NCBI GenBank assembly: GCA_963514005.1
Contig: OY740790.1
Location: 46,686,001 to 46,750,000 of the forward strand
Reading direction: 5' to 3'
Origin: Raja brachyura
Taxonomy: Eukaryota
Length of the DNA stretch: 64,000 bases
Shown: piece after piece, positions 37,870-51,300 of the stretch
How the letters are laid out: the number at the start of each line of letters is the position of its first letter
Position numbering within the stretch: the first letter of the stretch is position 1
Notes under the pieces: model-generated
Told to the model about the DNA's origin: nothing
Databases searched by the model: none
Seen by the model: only the letters and a program-made list of their open reading frames with translations
Translations under genes and position numbers: made by a program

Positions 37870-39000
37870 CTATCTAGCTGTATACTCAAAACCTGGACCA
37901 ACTGGCTATAATATTCACGGACATCTTCAACCTCTATTACAGTCTGAGATCGCCACCTGCTTTAAAAGGATGCCCATAATACTAGTGCCCAGGAAGAGCA
38001 AGGTGACATGCCTCAGCAACTGCTAACACTTAAGTCCATAATGATGGAAGTGCTTTAAGAGATATTGATGCAAACCAATGCCTGCCTCAGAAAAGACTTG
38101 GATCCACTGCCACAAAAAATCACTAGAGGGTGCAATCTTCCTGGCTTTCCACTCTGCGGTGGACCACTTGAACAAATGAATAACAACAACAGCCCAGCGC
38201 TCATTACCATCATCCTTCCCAAACTCAGGGTATTGTGTCTCTGCTTCTCCCTCTGCAACTGGTCTGCAACTTGTTCATCGGCAGATCTGTCAGCATGGAT
38301 TAGCAATATCTTCTTTTCATTGACCATTAGCTGAGGGGTACCTTAGCACTGCCAGCACAGTCTCCTGCTCTTCTCTCTCTATATCCAGGGCAGTATAACC
38401 AGTAACAGTTCCACGCCATCTTTAAATTAGTTGACAATTCCGTCGAATAATGGATAATGATAAGTCAGAAAACAGGAGGGAGATAAATCATCTGGTTGAA
38501 TATACCAGAATAACAATCATGCTCTCAATGTAAACAAACAAAGACCCTCGCCACTTTGGCCATGCTATCATCTTGCTGCAACCATCAGGAAGAAGGTACA
38601 GGAGCCGGGGAACTTTTGCCTCCAGGTTTGAGAACAGCTTCCTCCAACCGTCTGGTTCTTGAACCATTCCGCAAAACCCTAAATATAATCTTATCTCAGC
38701 ACCAAACCATTACACACTTTTGAACAAAGTGCTGACTCAGCAGGTCAGGCAGTATCTCTGGAGAACACAGGTAGGCAATGTTTTGAGTCGTGGCCCTTTT
38801 CTACGTTACATACTTTTCTCTGCATGCTTTGTTTTTTGCTGTATCATAGTCTCGTTTACTTAGAATAACTGATAATTTATTGTATATTTATTTTTGTTAT
38901 TGTTACATCTAATGTGGATGTAAAGCCGCAGCAAGTTAGAATTTCATTGTTCTAGTTCATATCCAGTGCATTTACCATATAAACACTCCTGAATCTTAAA
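37870..39000 (+). mobile_element. Old Rex1/Babar LINE remnant
   Basis: TCFKRMPIILVPRKSKVTCL; LCNW; 3' end like 1-310. Confidence 0.65.
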
Positions 39001-40559
39001 TGTCATATTATTCCGTCACTCTCCATCTTCAATTGGTGGATTTAAATACAATTACTAGACGGAGGCTCAGACCAATTTAAAACACGAATCTGGATAGCAA
39101 TAATTAACAAATAGGTTTGTGAACAAAATTATTTGGAGTAATTACAAGTTTTGAAATGCTAAACTTTTTTTTAAATCCACTATACTCTGCGAAAACTTTC
39201 AGATTCATCCTTGGAGTACCCACTCATCTAATGGATTGTCAAAAGTTTTAGTTCAGTATTTAGACTAACTTCAGACTCAGTCTCTGAGTTGATATGGAAA
39301 AATAGCTTCATGAATATAGAATTGTCTAATAAATAAACTTGAACAAATCATACCATTGCCCCCACACGGGTAGTCCCAAATAAAGTTGACCATTGTCAAT
39401 CACCGATGAAATCCAGAATTAAGTGAAACTCTGCAGTTTATTGATCTCTACTAGCTACACTGCTTCTGGTCCAGATCTCCAGATCCTTTCTTGTTCCTTC
39501 ACCTCTTCGAAGACCTGGGTTAAGAAAGATTTGCTGCTGCACTATTTGTGGTGTGAGAGATGTTGGTGCATTACTTTTTTAAAAATGGGGTGGCACATCA
39601 GCTACCACACAGACTTAACAAACCAAAGGCTTAGTCCAATACCCAGGATGATTCGAGACCAAGTTCTCCGGCACAGATTTGGCACGTTTATGTTTTCATG
39701 TCCACATGTGATCTTGCCTGCACCCCTTAATTTTCCTCTTGCACTGCTTCAGTCCCATCATCTCTGACCACCTCCACTCTTCCCCATCGCTCCCTCAGCA
39801 GTTGTACAGGCCTAGCTCAGTCGATCAAACCTCTCCCAGAAAATGTCTGGGGAATGCTCCAACAACAGAATGGCACTACATTATATCAGCAGATTGCAGT
39901 CTCTGTGTTTTGCCGGTGGGATGGTGGTTCCTTATGCATGATTTCCCAGCTGACAGGCACATTCATTTTGGAGAAGCAGGAACATTTCAATCAGCTGCCA
40001 TTATCCCTCAGCATAAAAAAAAATCCTAAATGTATATGCTTCTATCTCCCAGGCTGCTTTTAAACTACCATGAATATTTTAGTTTGTATCTTTAATGTAA
40101 CTTTTTTATTTTTAGATCCTGATGTGCAAATATTGGCCAAACTTTAATGTTAGTTATATCTAGTTTGTATAATTAATTTACTTAAAGTGGATTGCATCCA
40201 GTAATCAAAACACCAATGAATGATCTCATGACCAAATATACTTTAACATAAAGAATTCTGTCCAGGATAAATTGGTTCACTTTAAAATCTATTTTCCTCT
40301 TTGTTTGATCATGTTTTCATCAACCTTTTGCATTGTCAGTAAAAAAGACTTAAAACTCAAAAAGGAATATTACAAATGCTGATAAAACCAACTTTAGATT
40401 TCAGATTTTCATCCTGCCCTAACTATTATATAGGCATGAATTATTTGTTAATCCTCTCATCTGGATTTATTTTGTACATGATAGTTTATTTGAATTAAGA
40501 AGACAGATTCTCTACTGTTACCCAATTTGAAGAAACTATAATATTGACTTCCTTTAAAT

Positions 40560-41270
40560 TTATTTTTCATTTGAAACTAACTTTTTCTCAGGATATGTAT
40601 TTTTTACTATTATTAAAGCAACCAAAGAGAATGTTGCTACCACAGTCAGCACTGTTCGAAGTGCTCTAAACCAATTTGGATAACCTGGGAGTAAGTTTAA
40701 GTCATAATGTAATGCTATACCAAGACCCATGATAACCAAAATAGCTGCCTCTGTGAGATTGTCATGAAAAAGTAGGGCTATCCAGGCAAGTAAAGGAGGA
40801 ACCAAACTGTTTCCCAGATTCAGCCAGTCAGGTTTTGCAGGGCTGTTTTCTGGAATTGAAAATCCCCACCGTACTCCTCCAAGAAAAGAGAGTATTGCTG
40901 CTCCATATGCTATTTGGGCAAAAGCTACTTCAGGGAAATATGTTTCCGTAATGGCCATGATCAGAGGAGCCGAGACAAAAGGAATTAATCCACCACAACC
41001 AAGATAGAGGGCAGCTTTGGGACTGTTCTTCAGTTCTTTAAAGTCATATCTTATCAAGTCTAATTCACGTTTCTCTGGTTCCTGTACTTTCTTCATCTTG
41101 GATGCTTGAGAGGACACATGAAAAGAGCTCATCTGAATTCGGGAAGTTGCTGATCTTTCGAGACACTTAATGTTTTGGTGCAAAGGAATTCTTTGCATAT
41201 AAGGCATCAATAAATGATAGGTAGTGATTTTTCTCGATTCATTTGGAAACCATGATCTCAATTTCTCAAT
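40560..41270 (-). CDS. TMEM69: Transmembrane protein 69, main coding exon
   Basis: SPKAALYLGCGGLIPFVSAP...QIAYGAAILSFLGGVRWGF...PDWLNL...YPNWFRALR; acceptor ttccag at 41271; phase 0. Confidence 0.93.
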   Translation of the reverse strand: MEKLRSWFPNESRKITTYHLLMPYMQRIPLHQNIKCLERSATSRIQMSSFHVSSQASKMKKVQEPEKRELDLIRYDFKELKNSPKAALYLGCGGLIPFVSAPLIMAITETYFPEVAFAQIAYGAAILSFLGGVRWGFSIPENSPAKPDWLNLGNSLVPPLLAWIALLFHDNLTEAAILVIMGLGIALHYDLNLLPGYPNWFRALRTVLTVVATFSLVALIIVKNTYPEKKLVSNEK

Positions 41271-41744
41271 CTGGAATACACAGCAAAAATAATTAGTAAA
41301 ATTAGTATATGTTATTCTGTTTGGCTGCAAAACATGAATCCAAAATTCATGATAAACTTTCAAAACAAATCTCAATCGTCCGCAAACTAGGTTTGCAAAA
41401 AAAATTGTTTTCTGAATTAAATATAGAACACATTTTTCAGAATTAAAAACTACAAATAATCAGTTTCACACATGGAATTGTTTAATACCGTTTCTGCGGA
41501 CGACAGAAAGTTCAACGGACTGAATTAACAAATTTATCGACTTTTGGTTTGCTGGGTAATTAATAAATAACAAAAAACATTAATCAAATATACAAGCACT
41601 AGAAGTGTTTCCATACACATCAAAACAGTACCATTGGAAGCTAGAGGAAGAACTGAAATAGACTGTTTCATGTTTCCCACAATAGGTCACGTACAGCTTG
41701 AACTCATCTAAGTTCCCAAGGTCACGCCTTTCATCTGGTGAGGG

Positions 41745-42160
41745 GTGCAGTGGTAGAGTTGCTGCCCTACAGCGGCAAATGTGCAGGTTTGTAGGTTAAT
41801 TGGCTTCTGTAAATTGCCCCTAATGTGTAGGATGCAAAACTGGAATAGCGTAGAACTAGTGTACGGGTGGTTGTTGGTTGGTGTGGTCTCGGTGGGCTGA
41901 AGTGCCCGTTTCCATGCTGTATCTCCAAATGAAAGTGAATGGAATTGAAGGTACAGTGGCGCAGCGGTAGAGTTGCTGCCTCACACCACTAGAGACCCGG
42001 CAGTTTCCTCCCACACTCCAAAGATGTAACGATTTGCAGGTTAATTGGCTTTGGTAAAAGATTGTAAATTGTCCCTAGTGTGTAGGATAGTGTTAGTGTG
42101 CGGGGTGATCACTGTTAGCACGGACGTGGTGGGCCAAAGGGCCTGTTTTTATGCTGTATC
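41745..42160 (+). mobile_element. Two adjacent internally deleted HE1-like SINEs
   Basis: gcagcggtagagttgctgcc heads; ggttaattggct...gtaaattg cores. Confidence 0.7.
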
Positions 42161-43029
42161 TCATTGTGACAATAAGTTGCTCAATGTGCAAACATGTTCA
42201 GCAAGGTGAATGAATGTGTTAATGGAGAGGAACTGGTCGTCCTCTGTTCAAGGAAGAAGCTGAACAGAGGACAATTATATATTTCTTGTATGTGATGCAG
42301 GTTTTGAGGAATAAAACATCCATGGCAAAGATGAAGCAGATGGACTAGCATAAGGATGGAGCTCAAATAGGTATCATGGGATTGGACACGACTCTGGGGA
42401 AAAAATTATTTGCGTCCAGGTTGGAAGAAATAGGTTTCATTAAAGGGTGCGTGCAAGCTGAAACAATATATTTATCTGCACAGCTCTGGCTAAACATCTG
42501 CAATATTTCCACGAATAGTAGCTCTACTCAATAACCAAAAATCTGTAGCCTCCTTTTGCTCTGGTATTTTATTTCATTCACATGTATAATCAATAATGTT
42601 TTATTATTAATGTTTAATGTTTTATGTGTCATTCCTAACTGTCACTGTATGTCGTTGTCACTTGCGGGCAGAGCACCAAGGCAAATTCCTTGTATGTGAA
42701 TGCTTGGCCAATAAACTTATTAATTCATTCATTCATTCATTTTCTCTCTTAACTAACCACCTCATCTTTTGGCTATTTCCCCACAGCTCTGACCCACTTT
42801 TCATAGCTTTTACAAATTCTTTAGTTCGCTCATACGAACTGAGCCTATCAACCAGGTGGTTTCAGCAAACAGTTTATCTTCATGGCAACCCTGACTCTCA
42901 ACCCCATCAGTGATAGTCTGTTTGCCCAATCTATGTCTTCACAATTCTCTCTGCAGCTTAAAGCTAATTGGCTTTCTCACTTTCCCGTTCTGACAAAGGG
43001 TAACCTGTGTCTGTTTCTTTCTCCAAACT

Positions 43030-43520
43030 TTCTTTTGAATGCATCCAGTGAATCAGCCTCCACTGCCTTCTGAGGCAGAGAATTCCACAAATTCACAACT
43101 CTCTGTTCTAAATGGCCTACCCTTTATTCTTAAACTGTGGCCCCTGGTTCTGGACTCCCCCAACATCGGGAACATGGTTCCTGCATCTAGCGTGTCGTGT
43201 CCAATCCCTTAATAATTTTATATGTTTCTATAAGGTTCCCTCTCATCCTTCTAAATTCCAGTGAATGCAAGCCCAATCATTCCATTGTTTCATCATATGA
43301 CAGTCGTGCCATCCTGGCAATTAACCCCGTGAACCTACGCTGCACTCCCTGAATAGAAAAAATGTCCTTCCTCAAATTAGGAGACCAAAACTGCACACAA
43401 TATTCTAGGTGTGGTCTCACCAGGGCTATGTGGAACTTCAGAAGGACCTCTTTGCTCCTATACTCTACTCCTCTCGTTATGTAGGCCAACATGCCATTAG
43501 CTTTCTTTACTGTCTGTTCT
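43030..43520 (-). mobile_element. CR1/HER1 3' fragment
   Basis: KKANGMLAYITRG...LVRPHLEYCVQFWSP. Confidence 0.85.
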
Positions 43521-44109
43521 AAAATGCTTCCAATAGTTTTTTTCTGGGTTTCTTGCAACATAACTCTGTACTCATACCTATTGCTAAAATATTATATCAA
43601 TAATTGCATCCATTGTAGATGGGAACTCTGCAGCTCTTTCTCTAAATGCCTGTTAAACCAAAGGTTCCCATCACCTTCAGTTTTGTAACACCCTTCTACC
43701 TTTTACCAATCCCCATTAAGTAGTTTGTTACATTAAAAAATATCATGTTGATGTTTTTGTTGTCTAGAGACAAGAAATACTTTTCTTCAAGAAGCAAGAG
43801 AGCAAATCATAATCTAAAACTCTGACAAATTATACTTATATGCTGTGTTACTGCTATCTCATCCCATCTGCTTTATTTTGAAATTGACTATTTCCCAGTG
43901 TATGATTATTCTGCAACTTAAAAGTTTCTGTAGTTTCAGTTTGGTTCATTTGTTAATCTTTTTTATTCCATTTTTTGCACATTTATGAGTTAATATTATA
44001 CCTCTATTCTGCTGATTGTCATTGAAAAAGTTGCATGCTTTAACATAACTCTGAAATCCAGTCTGTATTGTGCTGATAATTCTGTTCTTGAAACTTGTTT
44101 AACACTTAC

Positions 44110-44154
44110 TTTCTTGGTTGTTTGGAAACATCTCTGCATTAAAGAAACAAACAT
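44110..44154 (-). CDS. TMEM69: TMEM69 first coding exon (whole exon 44110-44170)
   Basis: atttctccag|gtgtccaggactcaacATG MFVSLMQRCFQTTKK|gtaagt; 45 nt, phase 0, joins the main exon to give 251 aa. Confidence 0.82.
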
Positions 44155-44952
44155 GTTGAGTCCTGGACACCTGGAGAAATGAAATGAGATCTTAATGTGT
44201 CTCTACAATTAGACAATAGACAATGGGTGCAGGAGTAGGCCATTCGGCACTTCGAGCCAGCACACCGCCATTCAATATGATCATGGCTGATCATCCACAA
44301 TCAGTACGCCGTTGCTGCCTTCTCGTCACATCCTCCAACTCCGCTATCTTTAAGAGCTCTACTAACTTTCTCTTGAAATCATCCAGAGAATTGGCCTCCA
44401 CTGCCTTTTGAGGCAGAGAATCCCACAGATTCACAACTCTCTGGGTGAAAAAGATCTGCACTAGCAATGGTTGTTAGTTATTAAAAACCTCATAAAAGGT
44501 TTCTATCCAGACCATCTCCAGGTGGTCAAACAGGGGTTTGGCTTATGCAAAAGTAGATACTATATCTTCTATCTCCCTCCACTAGGGCTGCTACTACATT
44601 AGCAGCCAGGGTCATGTACGTTCCACTGGACCACACCCTAGCGGCTGCAGGATGGTCAAGCAAATGAACTTTCCAATATTTTATAATAACCCATTGCCAG
44701 ACCAGGGGTATTTGCCAAATTCCATTTATGCTTTGTATTATAGTTTCCACCAGGATGGAAGGGGTCACTATTATTCTCCTTTGATGATTAAAGCATCAGC
44801 ATTTTTAACAAACTATGTCATGGCTGAATGCATTAATCTTTTTCACTCATCCGTGGTCAATTGATGCAGTGTGTGACGCCTGGACTTGTATCCGGCATGA
44901 AATCACAGAGCTTTGAAGTCTTCACGGAATCACTCACGTGACTCCGAAATGA

Positions 44953-45249
44953 AATAGTACGATTAAATGAGAACTTACCAGTTTGAAGTTTGATCTTTAT
45001 TTTATGAGGAGTTACGATGAGCGATTACGTGCCCACCACTCCCAACCCTCGTATCATAAAGGTCATCTGGTAGTTCTCTCCAATCTTACTATATTCAGGT
45101 CAACAACTGTTATCTGTGATTTCACACAGTTGCTTTGAAGATTGACGCGCATGCGGGCTGGTGGCTTCTTCACATAATCGCTCAATGTAACTCCTTATAA
45201 AATAAAGATCAAACTACAAACTGGTAAGTTCTCATTTAATCTTACTATT
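44953..45249. repeat. 79-bp inverted repeat pair (MITE or DIRS-type end)
   Basis: 44953-45031 versus 45171-45249, about 6 mismatches. Confidence 0.8.
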
Positions 45250-45859
45250 CTTAAACTGTGGCCCCTGGTTCTGGATTCTTCCAACATCAGGAACATGTTT
45301 CCTGTAACTAGTTTAAAGATTATTATTCTATAGATGAAAGAATTAAGATTTTTATAAATTTATATTGACAGTTTCATAATCATTGATAATAAGCTTCAAC
45401 TTAACTTTTATCGCTCTAAACGCTTTAATTTTCCCATTTGATACATATTCCCATTACTGATTATCAGAGGAAGCAGATTCTCTATTGCTGTTTAATTCTA
45501 ATATTTAATTAGTTTCCTTAAGTCAAATGGCCCAATCCTGTTCATGTTTTTTTTATGTTCTTACATTGGAATTGGTACCTTTTTGTTTCTATCTCACATT
45601 TTGTGTTCATGACACATTTTGGGTGCAGGGATGCAATTTATCTTGTATTGAATTCATCATGTGGGAAAATCACAAACAACGATTTAAATAATATTACAAA
45701 TATAGCTGCAAGCCATAACTCAACAAAATAATTATATTTAAAAGTAAACAGTCATAGAATTAGAGCATAGATATAGGCCTTTCAGCCCTACTCATCCATG
45801 CCGACCCAGTTGTCTCAGTGACCTAGTGACATTTGCCTGTTTTTGGCCCATATCCCTCT

Positions 45860-46460
45860 TAACTGAGATGCAGTCGAGAATGCATCTCAGTGCTGGGCAT
45901 TTCTTTACTATCTGTTTCGGCTGCCTGGACCTTATCAAATCACAATCTGGCCAGAAAATCAGGGTTTTCAGTTGGATGGCTAGGAATTTAATCCAAGTAT
46001 TGAATATTTTAGAACATGTACTCCCACTGAGTTCAAACAAAGTCGCAAGAAACAACATTGACAGCCCAAGGCACAGCTTCACCGACACGAGCTGAGTTTT
46101 GGTCTGGGTCCAAACTTATTTGGCGTTCATTTAAATTATCTTGGTACTTTAGTACTGATTACCTTTTTCTCCCCTTCCCAATATCGCATTTTCTTTGCTT
46201 CATATGCTCGCATAGGTTGTCTGTCTTCCTTTGAAGAAAGCCCTGTCAATCTTTTCACATTTTTGTCGGTCTTGATATTGCTACATAAAAGCTATTTAAC
46301 TGAAGCATTCTTCAGTTTTAGTTTCAATTCTTCTACCTTTCCTTCCAACAATTCTACTTTGTCTGTCAGTTTGTTTTTATCATTCTGTTTTTGGATGCAT
46401 CCCGTCCAATAACAGTTCTCTTGACAGCTGCATTTGTACACATAAGCATGATCTACAGCG
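45860..46460 (-). mobile_element. ISL2EU/Harbinger-related transposase remnant
   Basis: DHAY plus coiled coil, MRYWEG, KFGPRPKL, LATLFELSGSTCSKIFNTWIKFL...IFWP...RCILDC; stops present. Confidence 0.7.
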
Positions 46461-46964
46461 GGGGTGGGGAACCTTTTCATGTTGGAATGCAACATTAACT
46501 TAACTGTAATCTAATAAGGCCGCATCCAAGAAACTTCAATTAGATATACTTCAAAATGTACAATAGTTTGTAAAAATCTAATTACTAACTATGCAGCAAC
46601 TGTGCAGGGAATTGCACAGTGGATATTTAGGGTCAGGATCTTTATCCGGATTGATGGAGTAAAGTAGTGAGAGCTGGTAGGAGAGATGAGAAGGGGCAGA
46701 TCAAGAACTAGCAAATGATAAGTGGATCCAGATTACAATTGATTGATTTGCAGCAGTAGCCATTCCACCCCTTTTGCCTGCATGGACTGTGTCAAGCCAC
46801 GTTAGAATGCTATACACTCTCTGTTTCATCTTCCACAAAGTCAAGAAGCCTTTGTGGAAGATGAAACACAGTTAACATTTCAGACCAAAAAACTAAAAAT
46901 TAAGATGAAGCAAGCTTTGGCTTTCTGCTTCATGGGAGGTTTGTAACCTCCCCGATCTCACCTT

Positions 46965-48287
46965 ACAACATCTGTATTATGGCCCAGCTGTTGACTGTCT
47001 TCTTGGACCTCACAGCTGCATATGATACCGTCTGGCTGTGTGGGCTACACATGAAGCTTCTGGAAACCATCCCAGACAAGCACATGGTGAGCTTCATCAT
47101 GGAGATGCTGAGCAACCACAGCGTCAGGCTGCACACCAGCAACGGGCAATGCAGCAGGGTGAGGAAACTTAAGAACGGCGTCCCACAGGGCTCAGTGCTG
47201 GCACCAATGCTGTTCAACATCTACATCCATGACCTGCCTGCAACCCAGTCAAAGAAGTATGGCTATGCTGATGATCTGGCCTTCCTGGGAAGCAGCAGAA
47301 GAGGGCCTCTCTGAAGACATGAACATCCTGTCTTCATACCTGAGAAACTGGCACCTCAAGCTCAGCATGTGTAAGACAACATCTTCTATGTTCTACCTCA
47401 ACAACAGGGAAGCGACCTGCGAGATGAAAGTCACGGTGGATAATGCCCGGTTACGGTCCCAGCCTGTCCTCACGTACCTCGGTGTGAAGCTCAACAGAAC
47501 GTTGTAATTCAAACAAAGCCTGGAAGGTGCCAAGGCAAAGACAAGCGCCTGTGCTGCACTGATATGCCGCCTGCGCATGCCCACAGTGGCCCTGGTGTTC
47601 TCAGCCGCCGAGTACTGTGCCCTGGTCTGGTTCCGTAGCCCTCACGCCAAGAAGCTGGATGCTGCCCTCAACAGCACCCTGCGGACTGTCTCCGGATGCC
47701 TACGTGCCACCCCAGTAAACCAACTGCCCGTCCTCGCTGGTATCGCCCCAGCCAACATCAGACGAGAAGCACCCACGCTGGCCCTCTCTCGAAAGGCGCA
47801 GATCAGTGAATCCCACCTCCTCCATCAGATAGTCACAGAGACAACACGACGAGTGCACCTCAAGTCATGGCACCCCTTTGCCACGCAAGCTGCTCTGCAC
47901 AACACCGGCTGACACTCCTAAGGCCGCCTGGGTCAAGGCGAGATGGAGAGACCAGTGGAAGTCATTGGAACCATCTAGGCTACACCATTACATCAATGAC
48001 CCCATGGACATCCCTGGCCAGGACTTGCCCCGAAAGCAGTGGACAGCCCTCAACCTCTTGAGGGTGGGCGTCGGACGCTATGGAGTAGCGATGAAGAGGT
48101 GGGGCCTCGTGGACAGCGCCTCCTGTGAGTGTGGGGACCCAACACAGACAGTGGAGCACAGTCACCAGTTGCCCCAAACACCGGCCACCGAATGGTGAAC
48201 GAGGTCTGATTAACCTGGACGATGACACGTTGGCCTGGCTCGCCTCAACGGAGCTGCTGGTCTAAAAGACATACGACAGAAGAAGAA
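46965..48287 (+). mobile_element. 5'-truncated Ingi/Vingi-like LINE
   Basis: LDLTAAYDTVW, GVPQGSVLAP, YADD, W..LN.LRVGVGR...CECG...QT.EH; no RNase H seen; tail catacgacagaagaagaa. Confidence 0.75.
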
Positions 48288-49534
48288 CCAGAGAGCAGTG
48301 CTGAACTACTATGTACCTCATTGGTGACCCTTGCACTATCCTTGATCTGACTTTGCTGGCTTTACCTTGCACAAAACGTTATTCCCTTATCTATCTTAAC
48401 ACTGTAAATGGCTCAACTGTAATAATGTTTTGTCTTAGTGCTGACTGATTAGCACACAAAAGCTTTTTACTGTATCTCAGTACACGAGACAATAAACTAA
48501 ACTAAAGGTGTACCACACCAGTCAAATTCCCCATCTATCACTCTCTCAGTATTTTGTCTTTTTTTAAGCTAATAAAATAGTGATTCAATCAAGCCAAATA
48601 CAAATATAATAGGTAGAGTAAATGAACAAAGGAAAAGTTTGCTTGATCATATTCTATATCCCTCCCTTCTCTGACTGTTCACTGTCAAAGATCCTTCGCT
48701 GACCATGAATCATCTCATCTGGTGAGTATACTGATCTCATCAGTGTGGCCGAGATTGATCTTTCCCATGGCATAATGCCTTATTTCAGTGGGTGTTACAT
48801 GCTCTCTGTGCATAATCTATAGATGTGTTAGATCATAAGTGATAGGAGTAGAATTAGGCCAATTGGCCCATCAAGTCTACTCCGCCATTCAATCATGGCT
48901 GATCTATCTTTCCCTGCTAACCCCATTCTCCTGCCTTCTTCCCATAACCTCTGCAACTGTACTAATCAAGAATCCATCTCTGCCTTAAATATATCCACTG
49001 ACTTGGCCTCCACACCCTTCTGTAGCAAAGAATTCCACAGATTCACCACCCCATGAGTAAATAAATTCCTCATCTCCTTCCTAAAATTACGTCTTTTAAT
49101 TCTGAGGTTATGACCTCTAGTCCTAGACTCCCACGAGTGGAATCGTCCACTCTATCCAGGTTTTTCAGAGCTATCCCAAACCAGGGACTGTGCTCACCGA
49201 GTGAGGATGACTGCTCTTTCTGTGGCCACAAATGCGCTCGCCCAGTGAGCGTAACTGATCTCCAGGGTTACCCATTGCCTGTAATGGTCCCCTCCTTGGT
49301 CATGAGCATCACTGGCCCTTCATTGGGAGTGAACCTTTCTCACAGGGTTGGTGTCATGGATCATTCCATGATCGTGAACAAGACGAACGTAAAACGCAAA
49401 TCCTTACCTCCGCCGATAAAAAAAAAAGCCACTTTCAATTTGCCAAAGAACAAAAGAATATCGCATACACCATTAAAACTGCATCCCACACACACGTGAA
49501 ACTCAAAGAGCAACCTTGGAAGCAACAAATTCAC

Positions 49535-49600
49535 CGATGCATACTGTCGCCCGGGTAAACGCACCGGCCGGCAACATCAGAATCAGAGATCGGTTCCGGG
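49535..49600 (-). other. Possible non-coding first exon of TMEM69
   Basis: Small CpG cluster, CCGGAA motif and donor tcg|gtgaat on the minus strand; unverified. Confidence 0.25.
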
Positions 49601-50599
49601 CATTGCATTGAGCTGTTGAATATGCAAGTAATTGTTCAGAAATTGAATGATTGATAATTTGAATTATCTTCCCGCGTGATAAATTTAGTTGTGAGCCACA
49701 AAGGAAAAACAAAGATTCCTGGGCAGTGATTAGGTTGAGCAGCAGGAGCATTGATAATTTGGGAGATTTGCGTCTTCTGTTTTACTTAGGGCTTTTTTGT
49801 TCTATCGTAAATGGACTCAAGGTTCTCAATGCCACCTTGAATGGTCCTTCTATATTTTGAACTGTCGAGCAAGCCATCCTTGATGCCTAAGAAAACGTTA
49901 TTTTTCTGGACATTGCTGTAAAATATGTTTTTTTTCCATTTTGGTATGTCCTGTTTCAGATTGCCTCCAAAGAAGTGTTAATTCAACAAATCGTTCTTGA
50001 CTATTGTTGATGAGTGCATGAAGCTGTTTGAATAGTACTCGAATGGAACCGAACTTCCTTCAACTTCTGAACACCAGCAACTTGAAAAAAACTTGAAAAC
50101 AAGAAAAGCATACTAACTTGACCCATTCAGTGTCAATCTGCATCAATTTCTTTTCCCAAAAGGTGAAGTATATTACACCTCACAATTTGCTTCATTATAC
50201 TTTATAAAAATATGGATTCTGTTTTCACACACACACCAATTTCCACAAAAGTTGAGATGGTGCATTCACTCTTTCCACAGGTTGTAAGTAGCAGTAAACA
50301 GGTATCTCCACAGTGATTGCTTTGGAACCAGGTTACATTTCAGATCAAACCAGGGAAAACATTTCCTATGAACTTGACTGCATGTTAATATGAAAAGCCC
50401 ATCTTATAAGAGACGCCGCACTTTCATAACCTTAACACAATAATCGTAACTTATAACAGTTTTCCGACACCAAATAAACAGAGGGAACACGACAACATCG
50501 AGAAATGCCGATCCCTAATGCATTGGTAGTTAAATAAATAAAAATATTTTGTTTTGCCATCTCGTTTCAGGTGAGAAAGGCAAGTCACACAACTGGGGG

Positions 50600-51300
50600 G
50601 GGGGCGTGCTGGCGATTGCACTCAAAGATAATCGCACTACTCTTGCACTGGAGGCCACCTCCCTTCCTTCAGAGTTCCAATCGCTTGTGACGCCGGAGAG
50701 CCTGACGGAGCACGTGACCCTGCTGCGAACGCTTCCTTCCGCCCCCCCCCCCCCGTGTACGCGTGCACGAGGAGCGTCTCAGGACGACCGAGAGCAGGCA
50801 CGAGCACGCGGAGCGTCTGAGGGGAGAACGAGCGAAGGCACGAGCACGCGGAGCGTCTGAGGGGAGAACGAGCGGAGGCACGGGCACGCGGAGCGTTTGA
50901 GGGGAGAACGAGCGCGGGCACGAGCACGCGGAGTGTCGAGTGCGAGCAACGAAGGGGGGCGGGGGAGAGAGAGAGAGAAAAAACTGCGGCGCAGAGCTGT
51001 GGGCAGTAGGAGAGAGAGAGAGAGTGTGTGCACAGCAGTAGAGTCGATGATTATAAACAAAACAAAACACCTCGGAAATACCTTGGTTAGGGAGACAGAG
51101 AAAAGAAAAAGCTCCAGGCCCTGAAGTAAGGGACCGACGCTGACCCATTGCCTCCTTCCCCGTGTAGGTAGGCAGCCAATGTTATTACCCTGCAGCTGCT
51201 TTGTCGCCATTTTGGCTCAGTGTTTGTTGTTATTATCATCGTGGGCTTCACCAGCCGCCTTACGCCGTCCTCTGCCTTTTATTGTCGTTGCATTTTATAA
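50600..51300. promoter_or_regulatory. CpG island promoter, probably bidirectional (TMEM69 on -, next gene on +, likely GPBP1L1)
   Basis: High CpG density; E-box CACGTGAC at 50711; YY1 motif GTCGCCATTTTG at 51203-51214; human gene order IPP-TMEM69-GPBP1L1. Confidence 0.65.
50797..50933. repeat. 40-bp tandem repeat, about 3.4 copies
   Basis: cg(a/g)gcacgcg at 50801, 50841, 50881 and 50921. Confidence 0.9.

Noticed and set aside
41271-41375. N-terminal part of the 271-aa TMEM69 ORF
   Set aside because: Intronic read-through from a TTG; an acceptor at 41271 and an upstream ATG exon at 44154 explain the gene better
51126-51173. Donor, branch point and AG|GT cluster suggesting a 42-nt intron or recursive splice site
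   Set aside because: Too short for a normal intron and cannot be judged without transcripts
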